A DNA stretch of 64,000 nucleotides from Chrysomallon squamiferum (GCA_012295275.1 CM022666.1:6076001-6140000); one strand, 5' to 3'. Positions 1-13,462 are shown, numbered from the stretch's first letter. Program-made: numbers and translations. The notes: generated by a model from the sequence alone, not told the origin.

Positions 1-373
1 AAGAAAAAATAAATAAATCAAGGTTTATGCGACATGAAAAGTAACTTATGTCATAGTGTTGTCCTACAGTACCTTGTAATATAGAAGAGCTTTCTAACGA
101 TTAATTATGGAAAAAAAAAAAACAATCTTAGAAAGTAAATAAAATCATCTAACTTCCTTGTTTTATACCATTTTTTCTTATATTACATTTCATTTGTAAC
201 TTAAGAATGAAACAGATGAAATAAATGTATAGTTACTTCTTGTAACAAAAAATACTTAAAACATTATAAAACGGTTGATGTAGATAAATATTACTAAATA
301 TCAGTAAGTGTCGAGAAGCCAGCAGAAGCCGGTAAGTTTGGACGACGTCTGGCTATGACAAAGTTGAGGTATC

Positions 374-445
374 TCCGATGTGGTCTAGTGGTTAGGATTC
401 CTGGCTTTCACCCAGCTGGCCCGGGTTCAATTCCCGGCATGGGAA
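374..445 (+). tRNA. tRNA-Glu(TTC), array variant with G4:G69 and C27:C43 mismatches
   Basis: 72 nt TCCGATGTGGTCTAGTGGTTAGGATTCCTGGCTTTCACCCAGCTGGCCCGGGTTCAATTCCCGGCATGGGAA; intact A and B boxes, anticodon TTC. Confidence 0.9.
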
Positions 446-1080
446 ACATAATCTTTGCTTTAAATTACATTTATTTTGAGTTCAGAATCAGAAATTGATT
501 GTTTATAACTGCTTGGTTAAATAAGGATGTTTTTTTAGAATGTTTTTTTCTTTTTAAATAACTGATTATTCCGTGTACAATGATGAAATGATTATTAAGT
601 GAACATGTTAGACTAATTTAACATATACCTTTGGTATTGCTTTTTGTTATTTATGAGAGCGGAAATGTTTTCTTCTATTCCCCGCCCGATAGGTAAATAT
701 AAACCAAATCTTTGTTTCAAACGTCTTTAAAGAGTAATTTGAACAGAAAACGGTCAAAATAGAGGCAAAGATCAAATACTACTCTTATTAAGTTAATGTT
801 AATGTTCTAATCTGAAAACATAAATAAATAATAAACTGGTTAGCGAATGAACAAAACCGAAGAATGAATAAATATAGAAATAACTAATAAAAGAGATCCA
901 AACGTGACACTGTTTAAACGCAGCATTCTTTTCACATTTATTCAAAATAAAATATAAAAATCATATGTAGACTGCATTGATTAGCTGGTTAAGAATTTCC
1001 ATACTGAATTTCTTCATTTGATTACTGAGAAAGAAAAAAGAGAGAATACTAACTGACTGAAGAAAAAAATAAATAAAACT

Positions 1081-1525
1081 TATGCGAGTTGTGTTCACTG
1101 GTAAATTTAGAGTGGCCTCCCTTATGTGAGATGTGTTCACTGGTATATTTAGAGTGGCCTCCCTTATGTGAGATGTGTTCACTGGTATATTTAGAGTGGC
1201 CTCCCTTATGTGAGATGTGTTCACTGGTATATTTAGAGTGGCTTCCCTTATGTGAGATGTGTTCACTGGTATATTTAGAGTGGCCTCCCTTATGTGAGAT
1301 GTGTTCACTGATATATTTGGAGTGGCCTCCCTTATGTGAGATGTATTCACTGGTATGTTTAGAGTGGCCTCCCTTACGTGAGATGTGTTCACTGGTATAT
1401 TTAGAGTGCCCTCCCTTACGTGAGATGTGTTCACTGGTATATTTAGAGTGCCCTCCCTTATGCGAGATGTGTTCACTAGTATAGTTAAAATAGCCTACCT
1501 CATGCGAGATGTATTCAGTGGAATT
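1081..1525. repeat. 42-bp minisatellite (~10.5 copies; consensus TATGTGAGATGTGTTCACTGGTATATTTAGAGTGGCCTCCCT)
   Basis: Direct tandem repeats with no unique spacers; explains the 14-aa periodic ORFs on both strands. Confidence 0.97.
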
Positions 1526-2354
1526 AAGAAAATAACAAAGAAAATTCGATTAAAAAGCATAAAAAAAAGAGTCAGTGAGAGCAGAGTGTATGAACTGATT
1601 AAAAATATACGACAAATAAATAATAAATAAATCATAATATGAAAAAGAAAGAGTGAAAGAAAGGAAATAAAGATAGAAAAGATGGAAAGAAAAGAAAGAA
1701 AGAAAGAAGTAAGGACAGAAAGAAAAAAGAACGAAGGAAAGAAAGAAAATATTGAAGAAGCAGGTTAGCGAATGAACAAAACCGAAGAATGAATAAATAT
1801 AGAAATAACTAATAAAAGAGATCCCAACGTGGTACTGTTTAAACGCAGCATTCTTTTCACATTTATTCAAAATAAAATATAAAATCATATGTAGACTGCA
1901 TTGATTAGCTGGTTAAAAATTTCCGTACTGAATTTCATCATTTGATTACTGAGAAAAAAACCCAGAGAATACTAAACTGACTAAAGAAAAAAATAAATAA
2001 ATCAAGGTTTATGCGACATGAAAAGTAACTTATGTCATAGTGTTGTCCTACAGTACCTTGTAATATAGAAGAGCTTTCTAACGATTAATTATGGAAAAAA
2101 AAAACAATCTTAGAAAGTAAATAAAATCATCTAACTTCCTTGTTTTATACCATTTTTTCTTATATTACATTTCATTTGTAACTTAAGAATGAAACAGATG
2201 AAATAAATGTATAGTTACTTCTTGTAACAAAAATACTTAAAACATTATAAAACGGTTGATGTAGATAAATATTACTAAATATCAGTAAGTGTCCAGAAGC
2301 CAGCAGAAGCCGGTAAGTTTGGACGACGTCTGGCTATGACAAAGTTGAGGTATC

Positions 2355-2426
2355 TCCGATGTGGTCTAGTGGTTAGGATTCCTGGCTTTCACCCAGCTGG
2401 CCCGGGTTCAATTCCCGGCATGGGAA
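2355..2426 (+). tRNA. tRNA-Glu(TTC), array variant
   Basis: Same sequence as 374-445. Confidence 0.9.
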
Positions 2427-3057
2427 ACATAATCTTTGCTTTAAATTACATTTATTTTGAGTTCAGAATCAGAAATTGATTGTTTATAACTGCTTGGTTA
2501 AATAAGGATGTTTTTTTAGAATGTTTTTTTCTTTTTAAATAACTGATTATTCCGTGTACAATGATGAAATGATTATTAAGTGAACATGTTAGACTAATTT
2601 AACATATACATTTGGTATTGCTTTTTGTTATTTATGAGAGCGGAAATGTTTTCTTCTATTCCCCGCCCGATAGGTAAATATAAACCAAATCTTTGTTTCA
2701 AACGTCTTTAAAGAGTAATTTGAACAGAAAACGGTCAAAATAGAGGCAAAGATCAAATACTACTCTTATTAAGTTAATGTTAATGTTCTAATCTGAAAAC
2801 ATAAATAAATAATAAACTGGTTAGCGAATGAACAAAACCGAAGAATGAATAAATATAGAAATAACTAATAAAAGAGATCCAAACGTGACACTGTTTAAAC
2901 GCAGCATTCTTTTCACATTTATTCAAAATAAAATATAAAATCATATGTAGACTGCATTGATTAGCTGGTTAAGAATTTCCATACTGAATTTCTTCATTTG
3001 ATTACTGAGAAAGAAAAGAGAGAATACTAACTGACTGAAGAAAAAATAAATAAAACT

Positions 3058-3502
3058 TATGCGAGTTGTGTTCACTGGTAAATTTAGAGTGGCCTCCCTT
3101 ATGTGAGATGTGTTCACTGGTATATTTAGAGTGGCCTCCCTTATGTGAGATGTGTTCACTGGTATATTTAGAGTGGCCTCCCTTATGTGAGATGTGTTCA
3201 CTGGTATATTTAGAGTGGCTTCCCTTATGTGAGATGTGTTCACTGGTATATTTAGAGTGGCCTCCCTTATGTGAGATGTGTTCACTGATATATTTGGAGT
3301 GGCCTCCCTTATGTGAGATGTATTCACTGGTATGTTTAGAGTGGCCTCCCTTACGTGAGATGTGTTCACTGGTATATTTAGAGTGCCCTCCCTTACGTGA
3401 GATGTGTTCACTGGTATATTTAGAGTGCCCTCCCTTATGCGAGATGTGTTCACTAGTATAGTTAAAATAGCCTACCTCATGCGAGATGTATTCAGTGGAA
3501 TT
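3058..3502. repeat. 42-bp minisatellite block, unit 2
   Basis: Same repeats and variant order as 1081-1525. Confidence 0.95.
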
Positions 3503-4330
3503 AAGAAAATAACAAAGAAAATTCGATTAAAAAGCATAAATAAAGAGTCAGTGAGAGCAGAGTGTATGAACTGATTAAAAATATACGACAAATAAATAAT
3601 AAATAAATCATAATATGAAAAAGAAAGAGTGAAAGAAAGGAAATAAAGATAGAAAAGATGGAAAGAAAAGAAAGAAAGAAAGAAGTAAGGACAGAAAGAA
3701 AAAAGAACGAAGGAAAGAAAGAAAATATTGAAGCAGGTTAGCGAATGAACAAAACCGAAGAATGAATAAATATAGAAATAACTAATAAAAGAGATCCAAA
3801 CGTGGTACTGTTTAAACGCAGCATTCTTTTCACATTTATTCAAAATAAAATATAAAATCATATGTAGACTGCATTGATTAGCTGGTTAAGAATTTCCGTA
3901 CTGAATTTCATCATTTGATTACTGAGAAAAAAAACCCCAGAGAATACTAACTGACTAAAGAAAAAATAAATAAATCAAGGTTTATGCGACATGAAAAGTA
4001 ACTTATGTCATAGTGTTGTCCTACAGTACCTTGTAATATAGAAGAGCTTTCTAACGATTAATTATGGAAAAAAAAACAATCTTAGAAAGTAAATAAAATC
4101 ATCTAACTTCCTTGTTTTATACCATTTTTTCTTATATTACATTTCATTTGTAACTTAAGAATGAAACAGATGAAATAAATGTATAGTTACTTCTTGTAAC
4201 AAAAATAAATACTTAAAACATTATAAAACGGTTGATGTAGATAAATATTACTAAATATCAGTAAGTGTCCAGAAGCCAGCAGAAGCCGGTAAGTTTGGAC
4301 GACGTCTGGCTATGACAAAGTTGAGGTATC

Positions 4331-4402
4331 TCCGATGTGGTCTAGTGGTTAGGATTCCTGGCTTTCACCCAGCTGGCCCGGGTTCAATTCCCGGCATGGG
4401 AA
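4331..4402 (+). tRNA. tRNA-Glu(TTC), array variant
   Basis: Same sequence as 374-445. Confidence 0.9.
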
Positions 4403-5037
4403 ACATAATCTTTGCTTTAAATTACATTTATTTTGAGTTCAGAATCAGAAATTGATTGTTTATAACTGCTTGGTTAAATAAGGATGTTTTTTAGAATGTT
4501 TTTTTTTCTTTTTAAATAACTGATTATTCCGTGTACAATGATGAAATGATTATTAAGTGAACATGTTAGACTAATTTAACATATACATTTGGTATTGCTT
4601 TTTGTTATTTATGAGAGCGGAAATGTTTTCTTCTATTCCCCGCCCGATAGGTAAATATAAACCAAATCTTTGTTTCAAACGTCTTTAAAGAGTAATTTGA
4701 ACAGAAAACGGTCAAAATAGAGGCAAAGATCAAATACTACTCTTATTAAGTTAATGTTAATGTTCTAATCTGAAAACATAAATAAATAATAAACTGGTTA
4801 GCGAATGAACAAAACCGAAGAATGAATAAATATAGAAATAACTAATAAAAGAGATCCAAACGTGACACTGTTTAAACGCAGCATTCTTTTCACATTTATT
4901 CAAAATAAAATATAAAATCATATGTAGACTGCATTGATTAGCTGGTTAAGAATTTCCATACTGAATTTCTTCATTTGATTACTGAGAAAGAAAAGAGAGA
5001 ATACTAACTGACTGAAGAAAAAAAAATAAATAAAACT

Positions 5038-5482
5038 TATGCGAGTTGTGTTCACTGGTAAATTTAGAGTGGCCTCCCTTATGTGAGATGTGTTCACTGG
5101 TATATTTAGAGTGGCCTCCCTTATGTGAGATGTGTTCACTGGTATATTTAGAGTGGCCTCCCTTATGTGAGATGTGTTCACTGGTATATTTAGAGTGGCT
5201 TCCCTTATGTGAGATGTGTTCACTGGTATATTTAGAGTGGCCTCCCTTATGTGAGATGTGTTCACTGATATATTTGGAGTGGCCTCCCTTATGTGAGATG
5301 TATTCACTGGTATGTTTAGAGTGGCCTCCCTTACGTGAGATGTGTTCACTGGTATATTTAGAGTGCCCTCCCTTACGTGAGATGTGTTCACTGGTATATT
5401 TAGAGTGCCCTCCCTTATGCGAGATGTGTTCACTAGTATAGTTAAAATAGCCTACCTCATGCGAGATGTATTCAGTGGAATT
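5038..5482. repeat. 42-bp minisatellite block, unit 3
   Basis: Same repeats and variant order. Confidence 0.95.
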
Positions 5483-6312
5483 AAGAAAATAACAAAGAAA
5501 ATTCGATTAAAAAAGCATAAATAAAGAGTCAGTGAGAGCAGAGTGTATGAACTGATTAAAAATATACGACAAATAAATAATAAATAAATCATAATATGAA
5601 AAAGAAAGAGTGAAAGAAAGGAAATAAAGATAGAAAAGATGGAAAGAAAAGAAAGAAAAAAGAAAGAAAGAAAAGGACAGAAAGAAAAAAGAACGAAGGA
5701 AAGAAAGAAAATATTGAAGCAGGTTAGCGAATGAACAAAACCGAAGAATGAATAAATATAGAAATAACTAATAAAAGAGATCCAAACGTGGTACTGTTTA
5801 AACGCAGCATTCTTTTCACATTTATTCAAAATAAAATATAAAATCATATGTAGACTGCATTGATTAGCTGGTTAAGAATTTCCGTACTGAATTTCATCAT
5901 TTGATTACTGAGAAAAAAAAAACAGAGAATATACTAACTGACTAAAGAAAAATAAAATAAATCAAGGTTTATGCGACATGAAAAGTAACTTATGTCATAG
6001 TGTTGTCCTACAGTACCTTGTAATATAGAAGAGCTTTCTAACGATTAATTATGGAAAAAAAAAAATCTTAGAAAGTAAATAAAATCATCTAACTTCCTTG
6101 TTTTATACCATTTTTTCTTATATTACATTTCATTTGTAACTTAAGAATGAAACAGATGAAATAAATGTATAGTTACTTCTTGTAACAAAAATACTTAAAA
6201 CATTATAAAACGGTTGATGTAGATAAATATTACTAAATATCAGTAAGTGTCCAGAAGCCAGCAGAAGCCGGTAAGTTTGGACGACGTCTGGCTATGACAA
6301 AGTTGAGGTATC

Positions 6313-6384
6313 TCCGATGTGGTCTAGTGGTTAGGATTCCTGGCTTTCACCCAGCTGGCCCGGGTTCAATTCCCGGCATGGGAA
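6313..6384 (+). tRNA. tRNA-Glu(TTC), array variant
   Basis: Same sequence as 374-445. Confidence 0.9.
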
Positions 6385-7016
6385 ACATAATCTTTGCTTT
6401 AAATTACATTTATTTTGAGTTCAGAATCAGAAATTGATTGTTTATAACTGCTTGGTTAAATAAGGATGTTTTTTAGAATGTTTTTTTTTTTTTAAATAAC
6501 TGATTATTCCGTGTACAATGATGAAATGATTATTAAGTGAACATGTTAGACTAATTTAACATATACATTTGGTATTGCTTTTTTGTTATTTATGAGAGCG
6601 GAAATGTTTTCTTCTATTCCCCGCCCGATAGGTAAATATAAACCAAATCTTTGTTTCAAACGTCTTTAAAGAGTAATTTGAACAGAAAACGGTCAAAATA
6701 GAGGCAAAGATCAAATACTACTCTTATTAAGTTAATGTTAATGTTCTAATCTGAAAACATAAATAAATAATAAACTGGTTAGCGAATGAACAAAACCGAA
6801 GAATGAATAAATATAGAAATAACTAATAAAAGAGATCCAAACGTGACACTGTTTAAACGCAGCATTCTTTTCACATTTATTCAAAATAAAATATAAAATC
6901 ATATGTAGACTGCATTGATTAGCTGGTTAAGAATTTCCATACTGAATTTCTTCATTTGATTACTGAGAAAGAAAAGAGAGAATACTAACTGACTGAAGAA
7001 AAAAATAAATAAAACT

Positions 7017-7464
7017 TATGCGAGTTGTGTTCACTGGTAAATTTAGAGTGGCCTCCCTTATGTGAGATGTGTTCACTGGTATATTTAGAGTGGCCTCCCT
7101 TATGTGAGATGTGTTCACTGGTATATTTTAGAGAGTGGCCTCCCTTATGTGAGATGTGTTCACTGGTATATTTAGAGTGGCTTCCCTTATGTGAGATGTG
7201 TTCACTGGTATATTTAGAGTGGCCTCCCTTATGTGAGATGTGTTCACTGATATATTTGGAGTGGCCTCCCTTATGTGAGATGTATTCACTGGTATGTTTA
7301 GAGTGGCCTCCCTTACGTGAGATGTGTTCACTGGTATATTTAGAGTGCCCTCCCTTACGTGAGATGTGTTCACTGGTATATTTAGAGTGCCCTCCCTTAT
7401 GCGAGATGTGTTCACTAGTATAGTTAAAATAGCCTACCTCATGCGAGATGTATTCAGTGGAATT
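7017..7464. repeat. 42-bp minisatellite block, unit 4 (3-nt insertion in repeat 3)
   Basis: Same repeats; TATATTTTAGAGAGTGG instead of TATATTTAGAGTGG in one monomer. Confidence 0.95.
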
Positions 7465-8296
7465 AAGAAAATAACAAAGAAAATTCGATTAAAAAAGCAT
7501 AAATAAAGAGTCAGTGAGAGCAGAGTGTATGAACTGATTAAAAATATACGACAAATAAATAATAAATAAATCATAATATGAAAAAGAAAGAGTGAAAGAA
7601 AGGAAATAAAGATAGAAAAGATGGAAAGAAAAGAAAGAAAGAAAGAAAGAAAGAAGTAAGGACAGAAAGAAAAAAGAACGAAGGAAAGAAAGAAAATATT
7701 GAAGCAGGTTAGCGAATGAACAAAACCGAAGAATGAATAAATATAGAAATAACTAATAAAAGAGATCCAAACGTGGTACTGTTTAAACGCAGCATTCTTT
7801 TCACATTTATTCAAAATAAAATATAAAATCATATGTAGACTGCATTGATTAGCTGGTTAAGAATTTCCGTACTGAATTTCATCATTTGATTACTGAGAAA
7901 AAAACCCAGAGAATACTAACTGACTAAAGAAAAAATAAATAAATCAAGGTTTATGCGACATGAAAAGTAACTTATGTCATAGTGTTGTCCTACAGTACCT
8001 TGTAATATAGAAGAGCTTTCTAACGATTAATTATGGAAAAAAAAAACAATCTTAGAAAGTAAATAAAATCATCTAACTTCCTTGTTTTATACCATTTTTC
8101 TTATATTACATTTCATTTGTAACTTAAGAATGAAACAGATGAAATAAATGTATAGTTACTTCTTGTAACAAAAAATACTTAAAACATTATAAAACGGTTG
8201 ATGTAGATAAATATTACTAAATATCAGTAAGTGTCCAGAAGCCAGCAGAAGCCGGTAAGTTTGGACGACGTCTGGCTATGACAAAGTTGAGGTATC

Positions 8297-8368
8297 TCCG
8301 ATGTGGTCTAGTGGTTAGGATTCCTGGCTTTCACCCAGCTGGCCCGGGTTCAATTCCCGGCATGGGAA
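8297..8368 (+). tRNA. tRNA-Glu(TTC), array variant
   Basis: Same sequence as 374-445. Confidence 0.9.
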
Positions 8369-8999
8369 ACATAATCTTTGCTTTAAATTACATTTATTTT
8401 GAGTTCAGAATCAGAAATTGATTGTTTATAACTGCTTGGTTAAATAAGGATGTTTTTTAGAATGTTTTTTTCTTTTTAAATAACTGATTATTCCGTGTAC
8501 AATGATGAAATGATTATTAAGTGAACATGTTAGACTAATTTAACATATACATTTGGTATTGCTTTTTGTTATTTATGAGAGCGGAAATGTTTTCTTCTAT
8601 TCCCCGCCCGATAGGTAAATATAAACCAAATCTTTGTTTCAAACGTCTTTAAAGAGTAATTTGAACAGAAAACGGTCAAAATAGAGGCAAAGATCAAATA
8701 CTACTCTTATTAAGTTAATGTTAATGTTCTAATCTGAAAACATAAATAAATAATAAACTGGTTAGCGAATGAACAAAACCGAAGAATGAATAAATATAGA
8801 AATAACTAATAAAAGAGATCCAAACGTGACACTGTTTAAACGCAGCATTCTTTTCACATTTATTCAAAATAAAATATAAAATCATATGTAGACTGCATTG
8901 ATTAGCTGGTTAAGAATTTCCATACTGAATTTCTTCATTTGATTACTGAGAAAGAAAAGAGAGAATACTAACTGACTGAAGAAAAAAATAAATAAAACT

Positions 9000-9444
9000 T
9001 ATGCGAGTTGTGTTCACTGGTAAATTTAGAGTGGCCTCCCTTATGTGAGATGTGTTCACTGGTATATTTAGAGTGGCCTCCCTTATGTGAGATGTGTTCA
9101 CTGGTATATTTAGAGTGGCCTCCCTTATGTGAGATGTGTTCACTGGTATATTTAGAGTGGCTTCCCTTATGTGAGATGTGTTCACTGGTATATTTAGAGT
9201 GGCCTCCCTTATGTGAGATGTGTTCACTGATATATTTGGAGTGGCCTCCCTTATGTGAGATGTATTCACTGGTATGTTTAGAGTGGCCTCCCTTACGTGA
9301 GATGTGTTCACTGGTATATTTAGAGTGCCCTCCCTTACGTGAGATGTGTTCACTGGTATATTTAGAGTGCCCTCCCTTATGCGAGATGTGTTCACTAGTA
9401 TAGTTAAAATAGCCTACCTCATGCGAGATGTATTCAGTGGAATT
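9000..9444. repeat. 42-bp minisatellite block, unit 5
   Basis: Same repeats and variant order. Confidence 0.95.
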
Positions 9445-10285
9445 AAGAAAATAACAAAGAAAAAATTCGATTAAAAAAGCATAAATAAAGAGTCAGTGAG
9501 AGCAGAGTGTATGAACTGATTAAAAATATACGACAAATAAATAATAAATAAATCATAATATGAAAAAAAAAAAAAGAGTGAAAGAAAGGAAATAAAGATA
9601 GAAAAGATGGAAAGAAAAGAAAGAAAGAAAGAAAGAAAGAAGTAAGGACAGAAAGAAAAAAGAACGAAGGAAAGAAAGAAAATATTGAAGCAGGTTAAGG
9701 AATGAACAAAACCGAAGAATGAATAAATATAGAAATAACTAATAAAAGAGATCCAAACGTGGTACTGTTTAAACGCAGCATTCTTTTCACATTTATTCAA
9801 AATAAAATATAAAATCATATGTAGACTGCATTGATTAGCTGGTTAAGAATTTCCGTACTGAATTTCATCATTTGATTACTGAGAAAAAAACCCAGAGAAT
9901 ACTAACTGACTAAAGAAAAAATAAATAAATCAAGGTTTATGCGACATGAAAAGTAACTTATGTCATAGTGTTGTCCTACAGTACCTTGTAATATAGAAGA
10001 GCTTTCTAACGATTAATTATGGAAAAAAAAAAAAACAATCTTAGAAAGTAAATAAAATCATCTAACTTCCTTGTTTTATACCATTTTTTCTTATATTACA
10101 TTTCATTTGTAACTTAAGAATGAAACAGATGAAATAAATGTATAGTTACTTCTTGTAACAAAAATACTTAAAACATTATAAAACGGTTGATGTAGATAAA
10201 TATTACTAAATATCAGTAAGTGTCCAGAAGCCAGCAGAAGCCGGTAAGTTTGGACGACGTCTGGCTATGACAAAGTTGAGGTATC

Positions 10286-10357
10286 TCCGATGTGGTCTAG
10301 TGGTTAGGATTCCTGGCTTTCACCCAGCTGGCCCGGGTTCAATTCCCGGCATGGGAA
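10286..10357 (+). tRNA. tRNA-Glu(TTC), array variant
   Basis: Same sequence as 374-445. Confidence 0.9.
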
Positions 10358-11340
10358 ACATAATCTTTGCTTTAAATTACATTTATTTTGAGTTCAGAAT
10401 CAGAAATTGATTGTTTATAACTGCTTGGTTAAATAAGGATGTTTTTTTAGAATGTTTTTTTTTTTTTAAATAACTGATTATTCCGTGTACAATGATGAAA
10501 TGATTATTAAGTGAACATGTTAGACTAATTTAACATATACATTTGGTATTGCTTTTTGTTATTTATGAGAGCGGAAATGTTTTCTTCTATTCCCCGCCCG
10601 ATAGGTAAATATAAACCAAATCTTTGTTTCAAACGTCTTTAAAGAGTAATTTGAACAGAAAACGGTCAAAATAGAGGCAAAGATCAAATACTACTCTTAT
10701 TAAGTTAATGTTAATGTTCTAATCTGAAAACATAAATAAATAATAAACTGGTTAGCGAATGAACAAAACCGAAGAATGAATAAATATAGAAATAACTAAT
10801 AAAAGAGATCCAAACGTGACACTGTTTAAACGCAGCATTCTTTTCACATTTATTCAAAATAAAATATAAAATCATATGTAGACTGCATTGATTAGCTGGT
10901 TAAGAATTTCCGTACTGAATTTCATCATTTGATTACTGAGAAAAAAACCCAGAGAATACTAACTGACTAAAGAAAAAATAAATAAATCAAGGTTTATGCG
11001 ACATGAAAAGTAACTTATGTCATAGTGTTGTCCTACAGTACCTTGTAATATAGAAGAGCTTTCTAACGATTAATTATGGAAAAAAAAAAACAATCTTAGA
11101 AAGTAAATAAAATCATCTAACTTCCTTGTTTTATACCATTTTTTCTTATATTACATTTCATTTGTAACTTAAGAATGAAACAGATGAAATAAATGTATAG
11201 TTACTTCTTGTAACAAAAATACTTAAAACATTATAAAACGGTTGACGTAGATAAATATTACTAAATATCAGTAAGTGTCGAGAAGCCAGCAGAAGCCGGT
11301 AAGTTTGGACGACGTCTGGCTATGACAAAGTTGAGGTATC

Positions 11341-11412
11341 TCCGATGTGGTCTAGTGGTTAGGATTCCTGGCTTTCACCCAGCTGGCCCGGGTTCAATTC
11401 CCGGCATGGGAA
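11341..11412 (+). tRNA. tRNA-Glu(TTC), array variant (short unit)
   Basis: Same sequence as 374-445. Confidence 0.9.
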
Positions 11413-12391
11413 ACATAATCTTTGCTTTAAATTACATTTATTTTGAGTTCAGAATCAGAAATTGATTGTTTATAACTGCTTGGTTAAATAAGGATGTTTT
11501 TTAGAATGTTTTTTTTTTTTAAATAACTGATTATTCCGTGTACAATGATGAAATGATTATTAAGTGAACATGTTAGACTAATTTAACATATACATTTGGT
11601 ATTGCTTTTTGTTATTTATGAGAGCGGAAATGTTTTCTTCTATTCCCCGCCCGATAGGTAAATATAAACCAAATCTTTGTTTCAAACGTCTTTAAAGAGT
11701 AATTTGAACAGAAAACGGTCAAAATAGAGGCAAAGATCAAATACTACTCTTATTAAGTTAATGTTAATGTTCTAATCTGAAAACATAAATAAATAATAAA
11801 CTGGTTAGCGAATGAACAAAACCGAAGAATGAATAAATATAGAAATAACTAATAAAAGAGATCCAAACGTGGTACTGTTTAAACGCAGCATTCTTTTCAC
11901 ATTTATTCAAAATAAAATATAAAATCATATGTAGACTGCATTGATTAGCTGGTTAAGAATTTCCGTACTGAATTTCATCATTTGATTACTGAGAAAAAAC
12001 CCCAGAGAATACTAACTGACTAAAGAAAAAATAAATAAATCAAGGTTTATGCGACATGAAAAGTAACTTATGTCATAGTGTTGTCCTACAGTACCTTGTA
12101 ATATAGAAGAGCTTTCTAACGATTAATTATGGAAAAAAAAACAATCTTAGAAAGTAAATAAAATCATCTAACTTCCTTGTTTTATACCATCTTTTCTGAT
12201 ATTACATTTCACTTGTAACTTAAGAATGAAACAGATGAAATAAATGTATAGTTACTTCTTGTAACAAAAATACTTAAAACATTATAAAACGGTTGATGTA
12301 GATAAATATTACTAAATATCAGTAAGTGTCCAGAAGCCACCAGAAGCCGGTAAGTTTGGACGACGTCTGGCTATGACAAAGTTGAGGTATC

Positions 12392-12463
12392 TCCGATGTG
12401 GTCTAGTAGTTAGGATTCCTGGCTTTCACCCAGGTGGCCAGGGTTCAATTCCCGGCATCGGAA
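12392..12463 (+). tRNA. tRNA-Glu(TTC), junction copy, probably impaired (G18A in D-loop/A box; A50:G64 T-stem mismatch)
   Basis: TAGTAGTT replaces TAGTGGTT and CAGGG replaces CCGGG. Acceptor and anticodon stems are fully paired. Confidence 0.8.
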
Positions 12464-12947
12464 TATATTCTTTGCATTAAATTATATTTATTTTGCTATG
12501 TAAACCCTTATTTCTACTTCTTGTTGAACGTTGTTCGGAGAAATAATAGTTTTTAATCTCTTGAAATTATTTTACAATATCAGACACATGTCATTATTAT
12601 AAATCGGCTGTTTATGACAGTTTGGTTAGATAAGTTGGTAAAGAATATTTTCCTTTTTAAATAATTGGGTTACTGTAATGTGTTGTAACAAAAAGATCGT
12701 TTAAAACTAGATATTTAGATGATTTAATTTATTGTCTAAGACTGTTTTTCTTTCGAATAATTAATCATGAGAAAGCTGTTCTCAATGGGGTATTACAAGT
12801 TAAGGCTAATAAAATCAACCAGTTTTTAAAACTGTTTTCCTTGTGTTTCAAATACAGGTGTTTAATAAGTGAAAACGATAAGAGAAATTTTAAGCTGATA
12901 GGTTTGGACCAATTACCGACATCTGGCTATGTCGAAGTAAAAGTATC

Positions 12948-13019
12948 TCCGATGTGGTCTAGTGGTTAGGATTCCTGGCTTTCACCCATGTGGCCCGGGT
13001 TCAATTCCCGGTATCGGAA
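12948..13019 (+). tRNA. tRNA-Glu(TTC), variant (C28:T42 mismatch, G7:T66 wobble)
   Basis: ...CACCCATGTGG...CCCGGTATCGGAA; T-run terminator follows. Confidence 0.82.
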
Positions 13020-13462
13020 CATATTTTTCTTGCATTAGATTATATTTATTTTGAATTCTAATCCTTATTTCTATATTCTGGTTGGATATTCTTCGGATAA
13101 ATAATAGTTTTTAATTTCTTGAAATTATTTTAGAATATTAGAGAACTGTCATTATCAGAAATCGGCTGTTTGTAACAGTTAGGTTAGATAAGTTGTTTAA
13201 GAATATTTTCTTTTTAAATAATTGGTTTATTGTAATATAACGAAAAGATCGTTTAAAACTAGAGAGTTAGATGATTTAATTTATTGTCTAAGATTGTTTT
13301 TCTTTCGAATAAATAGTCATTAGAAAGCTGTTCTCAATGGTGTATTACAAGGTAAGGTAGGACTAAACAATGATAGAAATAACTTTTCATTAAATTTTAC
13401 ATTCAGTCAACAGGTTTGGACCAATTGCCAACGACGTCTGGCTATGTCAGAGTTTAGGTATA

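Larger units (their letters stand above)
1..12470 (+). repeat. tRNA-Glu macrosatellite: ~1.98-kb units (tRNA starts 374, 2355, 4331, 6313, 8297, 10286) then ~1.05-kb units (11341, 12392); continues beyond the left window edge
   Basis: Near-identical sequence recurs with ~1980-bp period, then 1055 and 1051 bp. Units differ mainly in homopolymer and (GAAA)n length. Confidence 0.97.

Noticed and set aside
1081-1525. CRISPR-like appearance of the regular repeats
   Set aside because: The monomers abut with no unique spacers, there are no cas genes, and the context is eukaryotic. This is a minisatellite.
961-9818. Repetitive ORFs (NIPVNTSHIREATL)n, (CSLVYLEWPPLCEM)n and Phe-rich ORFs in each unit
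   Set aside because: By-products of a 42-bp (multiple of 3) repeat and GAAA tracts; their ends shift between units with homopolymer length, and no gene structure is evident.
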